64,000 nucleotides of DNA from an uncultured Pelagibacteraceae bacterium (GTDB lineage Bacteria > Pseudomonadota > Alphaproteobacteria > Pelagibacterales > Pelagibacteraceae), in assembly GCA_902540235.1 (NCBI GenBank), contig CACBLI010000008.1:13135-77134 (forward strand), written 5' to 3'. A program made the position numbers and the translations under genes. This document shows positions 1-9,728 of this stretch, piece after piece; position 1 is the stretch's first letter, and each line of letters opens with the position of its first letter. Under the pieces are notes generated by a model. That model was not told the origin of the DNA, made no database searches, and was given only the letters and a program-made list of their open reading frames with translations.

Positions 1-1
1 T

Positions 2-1342
2 TTAATTGTTGACGATAATGCTGATATCAGAAATATTTTGAATGAACTTATTTCTGATCATGGATTTAAAACAAGAGTAGCTGCTAACTTTAGCCAAGCT
101 TTAATTGAGATTGATAAAAAGTTACCAGATGTTGCAATCATAGACGTTAAATTAGATAAGGGTGATAATGACGGCATAGAGCTGTTGTCCCACATTAAAA
201 AAAAAAATAAAGATGTTCCTGTAATTATCATCTCTGGTCACGCAAATATTGAAATGGCAGTTAAATCATTAAAATCTGGTGCATTTGAGTTTATAGAAAA
301 ACCATTTGATCAAGAGAGATTAATGAACTTTGTCAACAGAGCTGTTGAAAATTTTAATTTGAAAAAAGAAAATAAAGAGTATGAGACTAAGTTATTTTCT
401 TCGTATGATTTAATTGGAAATAGTAAGAATATTAATTCAATAAGAGATCAAATTGAAAAGATTTCACAAACTGAGAGCCGAATTTTTATTTATGGACCTT
501 CAGGCTCAGGTAAAGAACTTATAGCTAGAAAAATTCACAAAAAATCTAAACGAAATAAAAAACCTTTTATAATTTTGAATGGTGCACTTTTAGATACCAA
601 AAAGTACGAACAGGAATTATTCGGGGAAGAAAAAACTAATGGTGTTATCTCATATGGCGCATTAGAAAAAGCTAACAAGGGAACCTTACTCATAGAACAG
701 GTATCTGAAATACCGCTTGATATTCAATCAAAAATTCTAAGAGTCTTAATTGATCAAAAATTTAAAAGAATAAATGGAAATACAGATATTAATGTTGATG
801 TAAGATTAATTTGTTCATCGAGCGAGAATCTTAAAAATCAAATTGATTTAGGAAACTTTAGAGAAGATTTGTACCACAGATTGAATGTTTTTGAGATAAA
901 TATAGATCCTTTAAATCAAAGAATTTCAGACATACCTTTATTAATCAAATATTTTTCTAAAAAAATTTCAGAAAACTATAATATTAGAGAATTAGAAATT
1001 GATCAGAATAACAGCTATCTTTTAAATCATTTGTGGCCCGGTAATGTAAGAGAATTAAGAAATATGATTGAAAGAATTGCGATTCTTCAACCTGATACAA
1101 AAGATAAAGTTTCAAATATAATTAAAGAGTCAATAAAAACAGATAATTTGAGTGATAAAATTAAGGAAAATAGTTTATCTGTCCCGTTAAAAGAGGCTAG
1201 AGAAAAGTTTGAAAAAGAGTATTTAACAATACAACTTAAAAAGTTTAATGGAAATATATCTAAAACTGCAAATTTTGTTGGAATGGAAAGAAGTGCTTTA
1301 CATAGAAAATTAAAGGTTTTAGGAATAAAAGAATTTAATTAG
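2..1342 (+). CDS. ntrX: Response regulator with sigma-54-interaction-type AAA+ domain, NtrX-like (5' end cut by window edge)
   Basis: The frame is open from nt 2 (LIVDDNADIRNIL = receiver-domain start), so the TTG at 38 in the ORF track is not the true start. Receiver domain, Walker A GPSGSGKE and a C-terminal Fis-type HTH. ELFGEEKTNG lacks the GAFTGA loop, as in NtrX. Followed by trkA-trkH, as in many alphaproteobacteria. Confidence 0.8.
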   Translation, partial: LIVDDNADIRNILNELISDHGFKTRVAANFSQALIEIDKKLPDVAIIDVKLDKGDNDGIELLSHIKKKNKDVPVIIISGHANIEMAVKSLKSGAFEFIEKPFDQERLMNFVNRAVENFNLKKENKEYETKLFSSYDLIGNSKNINSIRDQIEKISQTESRIFIYGPSGSGKELIARKIHKKSKRNKKPFIILNGALLDTKKYEQELFGEEKTNGVISYGALEKANKGTLLIEQVSEIPLDIQSKILRVLIDQKFKRINGNTDINVDVRLICSSSENLKNQIDLGNFREDLYHRLNVFEINIDPLNQRISDIPLLIKYFSKKISENYNIRELEIDQNNSYLLNHLWPGNVRELRNMIERIAILQPDTKDKVSNIIKESIKTDNLSDKIKENSLSVPLKEAREKFEKEYLTIQLKKFNGNISKTANFVGMERSALHRKLKVLGIKEFN

Positions 1343-2734
1343 ATGAACATTATAATTTGTGGCGCTGGAAGAGTAGGCTTCACTATAGCAAAATTATTAA
1401 GTGAACAAGGTCACTCAATTACTGTAATTGATCTTTCGAGTGAAGATATTCAAAAAATTTCTGATACATTAGATGTTAAAGTAATCCTAGGAAAGGCCAC
1501 TTATCCATCAATTTTAGAAAAAGCGAATGCTTCAGAGGCAGATATGATAATCGCTGTGACTCGAAATGATGAAATCAACATGCTAATTTGTCAGATAGCA
1601 TTTTCAATATTCAATATACCCAAAAAAATAGCAAGAATAAGGTCTCAAGACTATCTAAATCCCAAATACACAAATGTTTATAATAAAGAGAACTTGCCAA
1701 TTGATGTAATTATTTCTCCAGAAATAGAAATAGCGAAGTCGATTCAACAGAAATTAGAAGCGCCTGGTGCTCTAGATAGCATCCCATTTGCAGAGAATAA
1801 GATAAGACTACTCGAAATTTTGATCAAGGATAATTGTTCGTTAATAAATGTTAAACTAAACGAAATTACGAAAAAATACCCTAAGTTAGATGCCAATATA
1901 ATTGGAATTATAAGAGATAATAAATTTATTATTTCCAAAAAAAACGACATTATAAATCATGGTGATAAAATTTATGTAATCATTAACTCTTCTCAAATGG
2001 CAGAAACCTTAGATGCATTTGGCCATAACGAGAAGATGACAAAAAAAATATTAATCATTGGTGGAGGAAATATTGGTTTTAATTTGGCTAAAAATCTTGA
2101 GGAAAGTTTAGACTCTTCTAGAATCAAAATTATCGAAAAAGACAAAATAAGAGCTGAATTTTTAGCTAATGAATTAAATAATACTATTGTAATTAATGGT
2201 AATGGATTAGATGAAGAGATTCTTGCAGAAGCGAATTTAGAAGAGGCTGAAACTGTTTTAGCACTAACTAATGATGATGAAGATAATTTGATGGTAAGTG
2301 TTTTAGTTGAAAAATTTACCAAAGATAATTCGTCCATTCAGGATAAAAGGACTATGGCTTTAATAAATAAACCTAATTATTCACTTTTACAAAACTCATT
2401 AAAGATTGATGATTTTATAGATCCTAGAATGAACACTGTTTCAAGTATTTTAAAACATATACATAAAGGAACAATTGAAACTGCACATACAATTTTAAAT
2501 GGTGAGTATGAAGTAATTGAAGCTGAAATAGTTGAAACATCGGAGCTTATAAACCAAAGCTTAAAAGACTCTAGTTTACCAGAGGAAATAAGAATTGGAG
2601 CAGTTTTAAGAAACGGTAAAGTTATAATACCCAGATCAGATTTTAAATTTAAAAAAAAAGATGCAGTTGTTTTTTTAGCGAAAAAAGACGCTATTTCAAT
2701 TGTAGAAAACTTATTCAGAATTAGTTCAATATAG
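1343..2734 (+). CDS. trkA: Trk potassium uptake system NAD-binding subunit TrkA
   Basis: 463-aa ORF with two Rossmann motifs (ICGAGRVG, IIGGGNIG) in the duplicated TrkA-N/TrkA-C layout. ATG abuts the ntrX stop and trkH follows. Confidence 0.9.
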   Translation: MNIIICGAGRVGFTIAKLLSEQGHSITVIDLSSEDIQKISDTLDVKVILGKATYPSILEKANASEADMIIAVTRNDEINMLICQIAFSIFNIPKKIARIRSQDYLNPKYTNVYNKENLPIDVIISPEIEIAKSIQQKLEAPGALDSIPFAENKIRLLEILIKDNCSLINVKLNEITKKYPKLDANIIGIIRDNKFIISKKNDIINHGDKIYVIINSSQMAETLDAFGHNEKMTKKILIIGGGNIGFNLAKNLEESLDSSRIKIIEKDKIRAEFLANELNNTIVINGNGLDEEILAEANLEEAETVLALTNDDEDNLMVSVLVEKFTKDNSSIQDKRTMALINKPNYSLLQNSLKIDDFIDPRMNTVSSILKHIHKGTIETAHTILNGEYEVIEAEIVETSELINQSLKDSSLPEEIRIGAVLRNGKVIIPRSDFKFKKKDAVVFLAKKDAISIVENLFRISSI

Positions 2735-2745
2735 CAAAATAACAA

Positions 2746-4152
2746 ATGTCTAAAATTAGATTAAAGTATATAAGTACTTTTTTAAGTCTTATTTCATTAT
2801 TATCATTTTTAAATATTTTGTACTCATATTACTTTAATCTGTACTTGAATGTTAACACATATTTTTACACACTATTAACTTCAGGCTTTTTTTCTTTCAT
2901 TTTTTTTAAGTTTCAATCTGATAAAAATAAACCATCTTTGTTTGAAAAAATTTTAACAATATTATTTGGCTATATTTTTATTCCTTTGATCTTAGCTATA
3001 CCTTTTTATTTTAGTATTTATAATTTAACTTTAATAAATTCATTATTTGAAAGTGTTTCTGGTTTTACTTCAACAGGTTTTTCAATATTCGATAATATTA
3101 AACAAATAGATCAAAGTTTAATAATGTGGCGATCAACAACTCAATGGATTGGTGGATTATATTTTTTATTTTCTATAATTTTTTTGATTGATATTTATGA
3201 TGAAAGTTTAAAAAGATCACTTACTAATTTCATTTCTTTTAATAATTCAGAGATTATTAAGCAGTCTGTGAAAATTTTTGTTTTATATTCTTCATTAACT
3301 TTTTTAATTTTTTTAATTTTTGAAATAATAGGTTTTAGAACTTTTAACTCCTTTAATTTAGCGTTAACATTAATATCATCAGGTGGCTTTTTACCCTTTA
3401 ATGATATATCAATTATATTAAACACAGATTTTAAAAAGATAGTTTTCTCAACTTTAATGTTAATTTCTTTTTTTAGTATCTTTTTTATTTACAATCTGAT
3501 TTTATTCAAAAATAGAGATAAAAATTTTTTCTATGAGGATTATAATCTTTTATTTTATGTAATAACACTAGTTTTAGTTTTTCTTCTTTTCTTTGGTTAT
3601 AATAATGATTTTATCAATATCTTATTTTCAATTTTTAGTAGTATCTCTAACATAGGAATTTCATTAAATAATGAATTCACTAATTTACATTTTATATTTC
3701 TTATATTAGTTATTATTGGAGGATCTTTTTTTTCAACTAGTTCCGGTTTAAGATTTATTAAAATATATTCTTTAATCAAATTTTCACTAAATCAGATACT
3801 TTCTTTTAGCAAACCAAGAAATATATTTATGAATCGATTACTATTTTCTAAAACAAATTTTGAAGTAAATGAAATTAATAAATATTTTCTTTCAATAATA
3901 ATCTTTATAATCTCATTATTTGTACTCACATCATTAATTTCTTTTTCAGGTATTAATTTTGAAAAATGTTTAACAATATCAGTGCTTACTTTAATGAATA
4001 CTGTGAATTCTTCTGCATATGGTGTTAATGATTTTGATTTTCAAAATATTCATTTTTTTGTTAAATATAGTCTAATTTTGTTTATGATTGTTGGTAGAAT
4101 TGAGTTATTAACATTGTTGTTAATTATGAAAAAATACCTTTTTAAAAATTAA
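2746..4152 (+). CDS. trkH: Trk-type potassium uptake membrane subunit TrkH
   Basis: 468-aa polytopic membrane ORF with TrkH-like pore-loop motifs (SGFTSTGFS, ISSGGF, STSSG). Directly downstream of trkA. Confidence 0.85.
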   Translation: MSKIRLKYISTFLSLISLLSFLNILYSYYFNLYLNVNTYFYTLLTSGFFSFIFFKFQSDKNKPSLFEKILTILFGYIFIPLILAIPFYFSIYNLTLINSLFESVSGFTSTGFSIFDNIKQIDQSLIMWRSTTQWIGGLYFLFSIIFLIDIYDESLKRSLTNFISFNNSEIIKQSVKIFVLYSSLTFLIFLIFEIIGFRTFNSFNLALTLISSGGFLPFNDISIILNTDFKKIVFSTLMLISFFSIFFIYNLILFKNRDKNFFYEDYNLLFYVITLVLVFLLFFGYNNDFINILFSIFSSISNIGISLNNEFTNLHFIFLILVIIGGSFFSTSSGLRFIKIYSLIKFSLNQILSFSKPRNIFMNRLLFSKTNFEVNEINKYFLSIIIFIISLFVLTSLISFSGINFEKCLTISVLTLMNTVNSSAYGVNDFDFQNIHFFVKYSLILFMIVGRIELLTLLLIMKKYLFKN

Positions 4153-4182
4153 ATTTATATTATAAAATTAGCTAATTTTAAT

Positions 4183-4259
4183 GCGCCCTTAGCTCAGCTG
4201 GATAGAGCATCGGTTTTCTAAACCGAGGGTCGTAGGTTCGAATCCTTCAGGGCGCGCCA
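4183..4259 (+). tRNA. tRNA-Arg (anticodon TCT)
   Basis: 77-nt cloverleaf read by eye. Acceptor GCGCCCT/AGGGCGC, D arm GCTC..GAGC, anticodon stem TCGGT/ACCGA with loop TT-TCT-AA, T loop TTCGAAT, encoded CCA. One U-U mismatch in the T stem. Confidence 0.9.
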
Positions 4260-4333
4260 TAATTCTATATTATTAAATATTATTATTAACTTGACTAGAT
4301 TTCCTTTTATATGAAAATCTTAATAAATTCCTC

Positions 4334-4362
4334 TTGAACAGTTTTTTTTAACGTGCTTAAAT
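4334..4362 (+). promoter_or_regulatory. Candidate sigma-70-type promoter for aapJ (TTGAAC-N17-TTAAAT)
   Basis: Hexamers 4334-4339 and 4357-4362 with a 17-nt spacer, in a 165-nt intergenic region upstream of aapJ. Weak evidence in AT-rich DNA. Confidence 0.25.
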
Positions 4363-4425
4363 TATGAATATTCAAATTAAGTTTTGAATTATTTGTTAAC
4401 AAATAAATAAACAATAGGAAGAAAT

Positions 4426-5466
4426 ATGTTTAAATACTTAAAACAATTAACTTCTTTAGTTGCTATGGTAGCTGTGTTGTTCACTTTTACAACAGAGTCT
4501 ATGGCTGCTAAAAAATCTAAAACACTTAAAAACACTCAAAAAAAGGGTTTTGTAAGATGTGGAGTATCTCAAGGTCTTCCAGGATTTTCTAACGCTGATG
4601 CTGCAGGAAATTGGACTGGTATAGATGTTGATGTATGTAGAGCGGTAGCTGCTGCAGTATTAGGTGATGCAAACAAGGTTAAGTTTACACCACTAAGTGC
4701 TAAAGAAAGATTTACAGCTTTAACTTCTGGTGAAATTGATATTTTATCCAGAAACACAACTTGGACTCTTTCTAGAGATGCTGATATCGGACTTACATTC
4801 GTAGGAGTAAATTTCTACGACGGTCAAGGTTTCATGGTTAGAAAAAGTTCTGGTATTACTTCAACAAGCCAATTCAAAGATGGTATCTCAGCTTGTACAA
4901 ATATTGGTACTACTACTGAGTTAAATATGAGAGATTTCTTTAATTCTAAAGGAATCAAATATGAACCAGTTGCTTTTGAAAAAGCTGATGAAGTTGTAGC
5001 TGCTTATGATGCAGGTAGATGTGATACTTACACTACTGATAAATCTGGTCTTGCTGCACAAAGAACAAAAATGTCTAATCCAGATGAGCATATAGTTTTA
5101 CCTGAAACTGTTTCAAAAGAGCCATTAGGCCCTGTTGTGAGACAAGGTGATTCTGTTTGGGAAGATATCGTAAGATGGTCATTAAATACTATGATCGAGG
5201 CAGAGGAGTATGGCATCACATCATCGAATGCGGATATGATGAAAACTTCAGACAACCCAGCAATAAAAAGATTAGTTGGTGCTGAGGGTGAATTAGGTGC
5301 TGCTTTTGGTCTTGATAATGACTGGAGCTTAAGAATTATTAAGCAAGTTGGTAACTATGGTGAAAGCTACAAAAGAAATATAGCTGACACTGGAATTTTA
5401 CCTGATAGAGGTCCAAATGAATTATGGACTAAAGGTGGAATTCTTTACGTACCACCTGCAAGATAA
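4426..5466 (+). CDS. aapJ: General L-amino acid ABC transporter, periplasmic substrate-binding protein (AapJ/YhdW type)
   Basis: 346-aa ORF with an N-terminal signal peptide. The sequence pattern is that of polar amino-acid-binding proteins. Followed by two permease genes and an ATPase gene. Confidence 0.85.
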   Translation: MFKYLKQLTSLVAMVAVLFTFTTESMAAKKSKTLKNTQKKGFVRCGVSQGLPGFSNADAAGNWTGIDVDVCRAVAAAVLGDANKVKFTPLSAKERFTALTSGEIDILSRNTTWTLSRDADIGLTFVGVNFYDGQGFMVRKSSGITSTSQFKDGISACTNIGTTTELNMRDFFNSKGIKYEPVAFEKADEVVAAYDAGRCDTYTTDKSGLAAQRTKMSNPDEHIVLPETVSKEPLGPVVRQGDSVWEDIVRWSLNTMIEAEEYGITSSNADMMKTSDNPAIKRLVGAEGELGAAFGLDNDWSLRIIKQVGNYGESYKRNIADTGILPDRGPNELWTKGGILYVPPAR

Positions 5467-5487
5467 TTGCATATTTAAATGATTAAA

Positions 5488-5518
5488 AAGGGCTAGATTT
5501 TTCTAGCCCTTTTTTTTA
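5488..5518 (+). terminator. Rho-independent terminator after aapJ
   Basis: Perfect stem AGGGCTAGA / TCTAGCCCT with a TTTT loop, followed by a T8 run, 22 nt after the aapJ stop. It could attenuate read-through into the permease genes and raise binding-protein stoichiometry. Confidence 0.85.
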
Positions 5519-5540
5519 TAAACTTTTATATTACTCCATT

Positions 5541-6692
5541 GTGAATTTTAAACTTAAAGACATTGTTCCTCAACTAATCACAGTTTTAGCTGTAATTTTT
5601 ATATTTGGTTTTTTTACTTACAATGCCCAAATAAACATGGAGAACAGGGGGATTGATTTTGGTTATGGATTTTTATCTCAAGAATCATCATTTGATGTAC
5701 AATTCTCTTTGATTGAATATGATGGATCTCATTCTTATTTTAGAGCGTATTTAGTAGGTTTACTTAATACTATTTTAGTTTCAGTAATTGGAATTATTAT
5801 TGCAACTATTCTTGGAGTAATTGTTGGTGTCGCAAGATTATCACCAAATTATTTAATCAATAAATTTGCTGCTTTTTATGTAGAATTTTTTAGAAATATT
5901 CCATTACTTTTACAAATATTTTTTTGGTATTTTGCTGCTCTTAGAGCGTTACCTCTACCACAAAACGCTGAAGCAATTTTTGGTGTTTTTTTTCTTACAA
6001 TTAAAGGATTATACGTCCCAGCTTTTATCTGGCAAAATTTAAGTATTTTTTTATACTCTATTATCGCCGCAGTATTAGCAATTGTTATTATAAGAATTCA
6101 CGCTAAGAAAGTTCAAGAAAATCAGGGAAAACAAATCCCTGTTTTTTATATTTCGTTGGGACTACTATTCATTCTTCCACTTCTGAGTTTTTTTATAGGT
6201 GGCGTTAGTCTCTCATTTGAAGTTCCTGTACTTAAACAATTAGCAACCACATCTTTTATATATGAGGGCGGAGTGAGTTTACCACCTGAGTTAATTGCAT
6301 TAACATTATCTTTATCTCTTTACACTGCAACTTTTATAGCTGAATGTGTTAGAGCTGGAATTCAAGGAGTCAGTAAAGGTCAAAAAGAAGCTGCAGCATC
6401 AATCGGATTAACACCCAACCAGGTATTAAAATTAGTGATTATGCCTCAAGCTTTAAGAATAATAATTCCACCCACAACTAATCAGTATCTTAATTTAACA
6501 AAAAATTCCTCTCTAGCGGCAGCTATAGCTTATCCAGATTTAGTTTTAGTATTTGCGGGTACAGCATTAATGCAAACTGGTAAAGCGATTGAAATAGTAT
6601 CAATCACTATGTTCACTTATCTTACTTTAAGTATATCAATTTCAATATTAATGAATTGGTACAATAAAAGAATAGCAATTCAGGAAAAATAA
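5541..6692 (+). CDS. aapQ: Amino acid ABC transporter permease (AapQ/YhdX type)
   Basis: 383-aa polytopic ORF with a GTG start and the EAA-type loop of polar amino-acid permeases (QKEAAASIGLTPNQVLKLVIMPQALR). Confidence 0.85.
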   Translation: MNFKLKDIVPQLITVLAVIFIFGFFTYNAQINMENRGIDFGYGFLSQESSFDVQFSLIEYDGSHSYFRAYLVGLLNTILVSVIGIIIATILGVIVGVARLSPNYLINKFAAFYVEFFRNIPLLLQIFFWYFAALRALPLPQNAEAIFGVFFLTIKGLYVPAFIWQNLSIFLYSIIAAVLAIVIIRIHAKKVQENQGKQIPVFYISLGLLFILPLLSFFIGGVSLSFEVPVLKQLATTSFIYEGGVSLPPELIALTLSLSLYTATFIAECVRAGIQGVSKGQKEAAASIGLTPNQVLKLVIMPQALRIIIPPTTNQYLNLTKNSSLAAAIAYPDLVLVFAGTALMQTGKAIEIVSITMFTYLTLSISISILMNWYNKRIAIQEK

Positions 6693-8134
6693 TGTCTAAA
6701 ATAAATTTTTTAAAACCAGATAAATCAAACTTATATACTTATCTGTATTTAGGTTCTTTTTTATTCTTTATAAGTATTCTAGATGTATTTCTTAATTCTT
6801 TTTTTAAGCTAAACTTAACTGGATTTTTACCAAATTTTTTAAGTTTTTTGTTACCATTAATTTTAGGTTTTATAGGATTATATTTTATAAGAATAGAATA
6901 CAGCGGTATTAACAAATTAGATTTATTAAATAAACACATAAATACGAATAACTTTAACGCTATTCTTTCTTTACTAATAATATTTGTAATAATTAAATCT
7001 ATACCTCCTTTGCTTAGTTGGTTTGTAATAGACGCAAGTTTTGCAGGTGACTCAAAAGATGTTTGCTCCGGTTCAGGTGCTTGTTGGACTTATATAAAAG
7101 TTTGGATTAGAAGATTTATGTATGGAATGTATCCAAATGCAGAGCAGTGGAGAATAAATTTATCATTTGTAGCATTAATGTTACTTGGATCTGTTGGTTA
7201 TTTCGCTACGGATAAATTTAAAAAATACTTAACTCTCTATTATGTTGTAATTTATCCTTTAATTGCTTTTTTATTTATCTTTTTCTTTATTTCAGGTGGT
7301 CCTGTTTTTTTTGATTTTTCTTATGGAATAATAGCGGCAATATTATCAATCATAATTGGTTTTTTTATTCCAAGTAGATTTAAATTCTATTATTTTTTAA
7401 TTGTTCCTTTAGCACTCTATATAATCTTAAAATATTTTCTTTTTTTTGATGAGTATATAGAATTAGGCAAGTTAGATGGTTTAAATTGGGTCGAAACTGG
7501 TGCTTGGGGTGGCTTATCATTAACATTCATAATTTCATTTTTCTGTCTAATTTTCTGTTTTCCTATTGGAATGGCATTTGCTCTTGGAAGAAGATCTAGC
7601 TTTCCTTTAATTAGATACATATCTATCGGTTTCATTGAATTTTGGAGAGGAGTGCCTTTAATTACAGTTTTGTTTATGTCAGCGGTAATGTTTCCAATGT
7701 TTTTACCAGCGGATTTTTTTATAGATAAACTAGTAAGATGCATTATAGCCATTTCATTGTTTGAAGCAGCATATGTTGCTGAGGTTATTAGAGGAGGGCT
7801 CCAAGCTCTTCCTAGAGGTCAATATGAGGCTGCAAAATCATTAGGAATGGGTTATTGGAGAATGCATATATTTGTAATTTTACCTCAAGCATTAAAATTA
7901 GTTATTCCTGGGATTGCAAATACTTTTCTTGCATTAGTAAAAGATACTCCGTTAATTTTTGTTGTGGGTCTATTGGAAATTGTAGGAATGCTTAATTTAG
8001 CAAAGACCAATCCAAAATGGTTAGGATTTGCAATGGAAGGTTATGTTTTTGCAGCAATAATTTTCTGGATTATTTGTTATGCAATGAGTAAATATAGTTA
8101 TAATTTAGAACAAAAATACAAAACTGATAGATAA
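6692..8134 (+). CDS. aapM: Amino acid ABC transporter permease (AapM/YhdY type) with extended N-terminus
   Basis: 480-aa ORF with a TAATG overlap with aapQ. EAA loop QYEAAKSLGMGYWRMHIFVILPQALK. The first ~85 aa are an extra hydrophobic extension. Confidence 0.8.
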   Translation: MSKINFLKPDKSNLYTYLYLGSFLFFISILDVFLNSFFKLNLTGFLPNFLSFLLPLILGFIGLYFIRIEYSGINKLDLLNKHINTNNFNAILSLLIIFVIIKSIPPLLSWFVIDASFAGDSKDVCSGSGACWTYIKVWIRRFMYGMYPNAEQWRINLSFVALMLLGSVGYFATDKFKKYLTLYYVVIYPLIAFLFIFFFISGGPVFFDFSYGIIAAILSIIIGFFIPSRFKFYYFLIVPLALYIILKYFLFFDEYIELGKLDGLNWVETGAWGGLSLTFIISFFCLIFCFPIGMAFALGRRSSFPLIRYISIGFIEFWRGVPLITVLFMSAVMFPMFLPADFFIDKLVRCIIAISLFEAAYVAEVIRGGLQALPRGQYEAAKSLGMGYWRMHIFVILPQALKLVIPGIANTFLALVKDTPLIFVVGLLEIVGMLNLAKTNPKWLGFAMEGYVFAAIIFWIICYAMSKYSYNLEQKYKTDR

Positions 8135-8137
8135 AAA

Positions 8138-8872
8138 ATGTCTGAAAGTATAATTCAAATTAATAATATGAACAAATGGTTTGGAGATTTTCAAGTTTTG
8201 AAAAGTATTAATTTAGAAGTTAAACCAAAAGAAAAAATTGTTGTTTGTGGTCCATCTGGATCAGGTAAGTCTACTTTAATCAGATGCATTAACAGATTAG
8301 AGGAACACCAAGAGGGTAATATAATAGTCGACGGCACAGAATTAACTGAAGATACAAAAAACATAGAACAAATTAGAGCGGAAGTGGGTATGGTTTTTCA
8401 ACAATTTAATTTATTTCCTCATTTATCTATTTTAGATAATTGTACATTAGCTCCTATATGGGTTAAAAAGATGCCAAAGAAAGAAGCTGAAGAATTAGCT
8501 TTGAAACATTTAGAAAGAGTTCAAATACTTGATCAAGCACAAAAATACCCAGGTCAATTATCTGGAGGGCAGCAACAAAGATGTGCTATTGCTAGGGCTT
8601 TATGCATGGAGCCAAAAATTATGCTTTTTGATGAACCAACTTCAGCATTAGATCCAGAAATGATTAAGGAAGTTCTTGATGTTATGGTTAATTTAGCAAA
8701 ACAAGGTATGACCATGATAGTTGTTACTCATGAAATGGGTTTTGCAAAAGAGGTGGCAGATCAAATGATATTTATGGATGAAGGAATGATAGTTGAGAAA
8801 GCTGATACCAAAGAGTTTTTTGCTAATCCAAAGAGCGATAGGACTAAACTTTTTTTAAGTCAGATACTATAG
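8138..8872 (+). CDS. aapP: Amino acid ABC transporter ATP-binding protein (AapP/YhdZ type)
   Basis: 244 aa with Walker [10 protein letters not shown], signature LSGGQQQR and Walker [12 protein letters not shown]. Confidence 0.92.
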   Translation: MSESIIQINNMNKWFGDFQVLKSINLEVKPKEKIVVCGPSGSGKSTLIRCINRLEEHQEGNIIVDGTELTEDTKNIEQIRAEVGMVFQQFNLFPHLSILDNCTLAPIWVKKMPKKEAEELALKHLERVQILDQAQKYPGQLSGGQQQRCAIARALCMEPKIMLFDEPTSALDPEMIKEVLDVMVNLAKQGMTMIVVTHEMGFAKEVADQMIFMDEGMIVEKADTKEFFANPKSDRTKLFLSQIL

Positions 8873-9033
8873 ATATCAGTAAATTCAAGCTATATTTGTC
8901 AAATATTATCACAAGTATTGCTTGACATAAATTCTAGATAGTAGGTTTTTTCTTAAAAAATAAAAAAAAATTTAGTTGCAGGTAAGTTTAAAAACTTGTT
9001 CAATCTTACTTTAATAAATTAAGAGGGGTCTTA

Positions 9034-9405
9034 ATGGAAGATAATTTTAATAAGCATTTAGGCAACAAACTAAAGCTTAGAAGGCTAGCATTAGGTTTAA
9101 CGCAAACAAAAGTCGCGAAAGCAATAAATGTCACATTTCAGCAGATTCAGAAGTATGAGAAGGGCACCAACGGAGTAAGTTCAATAAGATTATTACAGCT
9201 TTCAAACTATTTAAAAGTTCCAATAAATTATTTCTTTGAGGATTTTTCAGAATATTTACTAAATTTAGAAAAGTCTCAGGAAGGGCATCTTAATGTAAAT
9301 TATAATTTTTTGGCTAAAGTTTATTCAGAATTAACAGCAGATCAAAAAATTAAGTTTAATAAATCCCTTCAAGCGAATAATCAAACAGTAACTAAAGTTG
9401 GTTAA
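9034..9405 (+). CDS. XRE-family helix-turn-helix transcriptional regulator
   Basis: 123 aa with an N-terminal HTH_3 pattern (LKLRRLALGLTQTKVAKAINVTFQQIQKYEKGTN). Strong SD-like AGAGGGG 6 nt upstream of the ATG. Confidence 0.75.
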   Translation: MEDNFNKHLGNKLKLRRLALGLTQTKVAKAINVTFQQIQKYEKGTNGVSSIRLLQLSNYLKVPINYFFEDFSEYLLNLEKSQEGHLNVNYNFLAKVYSELTADQKIKFNKSLQANNQTVTKVG

Positions 9406-9407
9406 GT

Positions 9408-9483
9408 TGGCTCCTCGGGCAGGACTCGAACCTGCGACCAATTGATTAACAGTCAACTGCTCTACCAACTGAGCTACCGAGGA
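9408..9483 (-). tRNA. tRNA-Asn (anticodon GTT)
   Basis: The reverse complement reads TCCTCGGTAGCTCAGTTGG...CTGTTAA...GGTTCGAGTCC...CCGAGGAGCCA. Acceptor TCCTCGG/CCGAGGA, encoded CCA. Confidence 0.9.
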
Positions 9484-9531
9484 ATATTAATAGCAACTTA
9501 CTTTCTTTTTAGACTAAAACAAGAATTTTTT

Positions 9532-9605
9532 TGGAGGCAACGCCCGGAATCGAACCGGGATACAAGGATTTGCAATCCTCTGCGTAACCATTCCGCCACG
9601 TTGCC
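9532..9605 (-). tRNA. tRNA-Cys (anticodon GCA)
   Basis: The reverse complement has acceptor GGCAACG/CGTTGCC, anticodon loop TT-GCA-AA, T arm CCCGG-TTCGATT-CCGGG and an encoded CCA. Confidence 0.9.
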
Positions 9606-9728
9606 TGATGTTTTAGATAATAGCTACATCAGTTTTATATAAAATTTTTAAGATTAGTCTATTAAATAACGTTTTAATTTGATTATTGTTAATTTAGATT
9701 AATAAATTATAAATTAACTATATCCAAG

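Noticed and set aside
9442-9642. 66-aa plus-strand ORF in the track.
   Set aside because: It lies entirely antisense across tRNA-Asn and tRNA-Cys. The open frame is a by-product of the GC-rich tRNA sequences.
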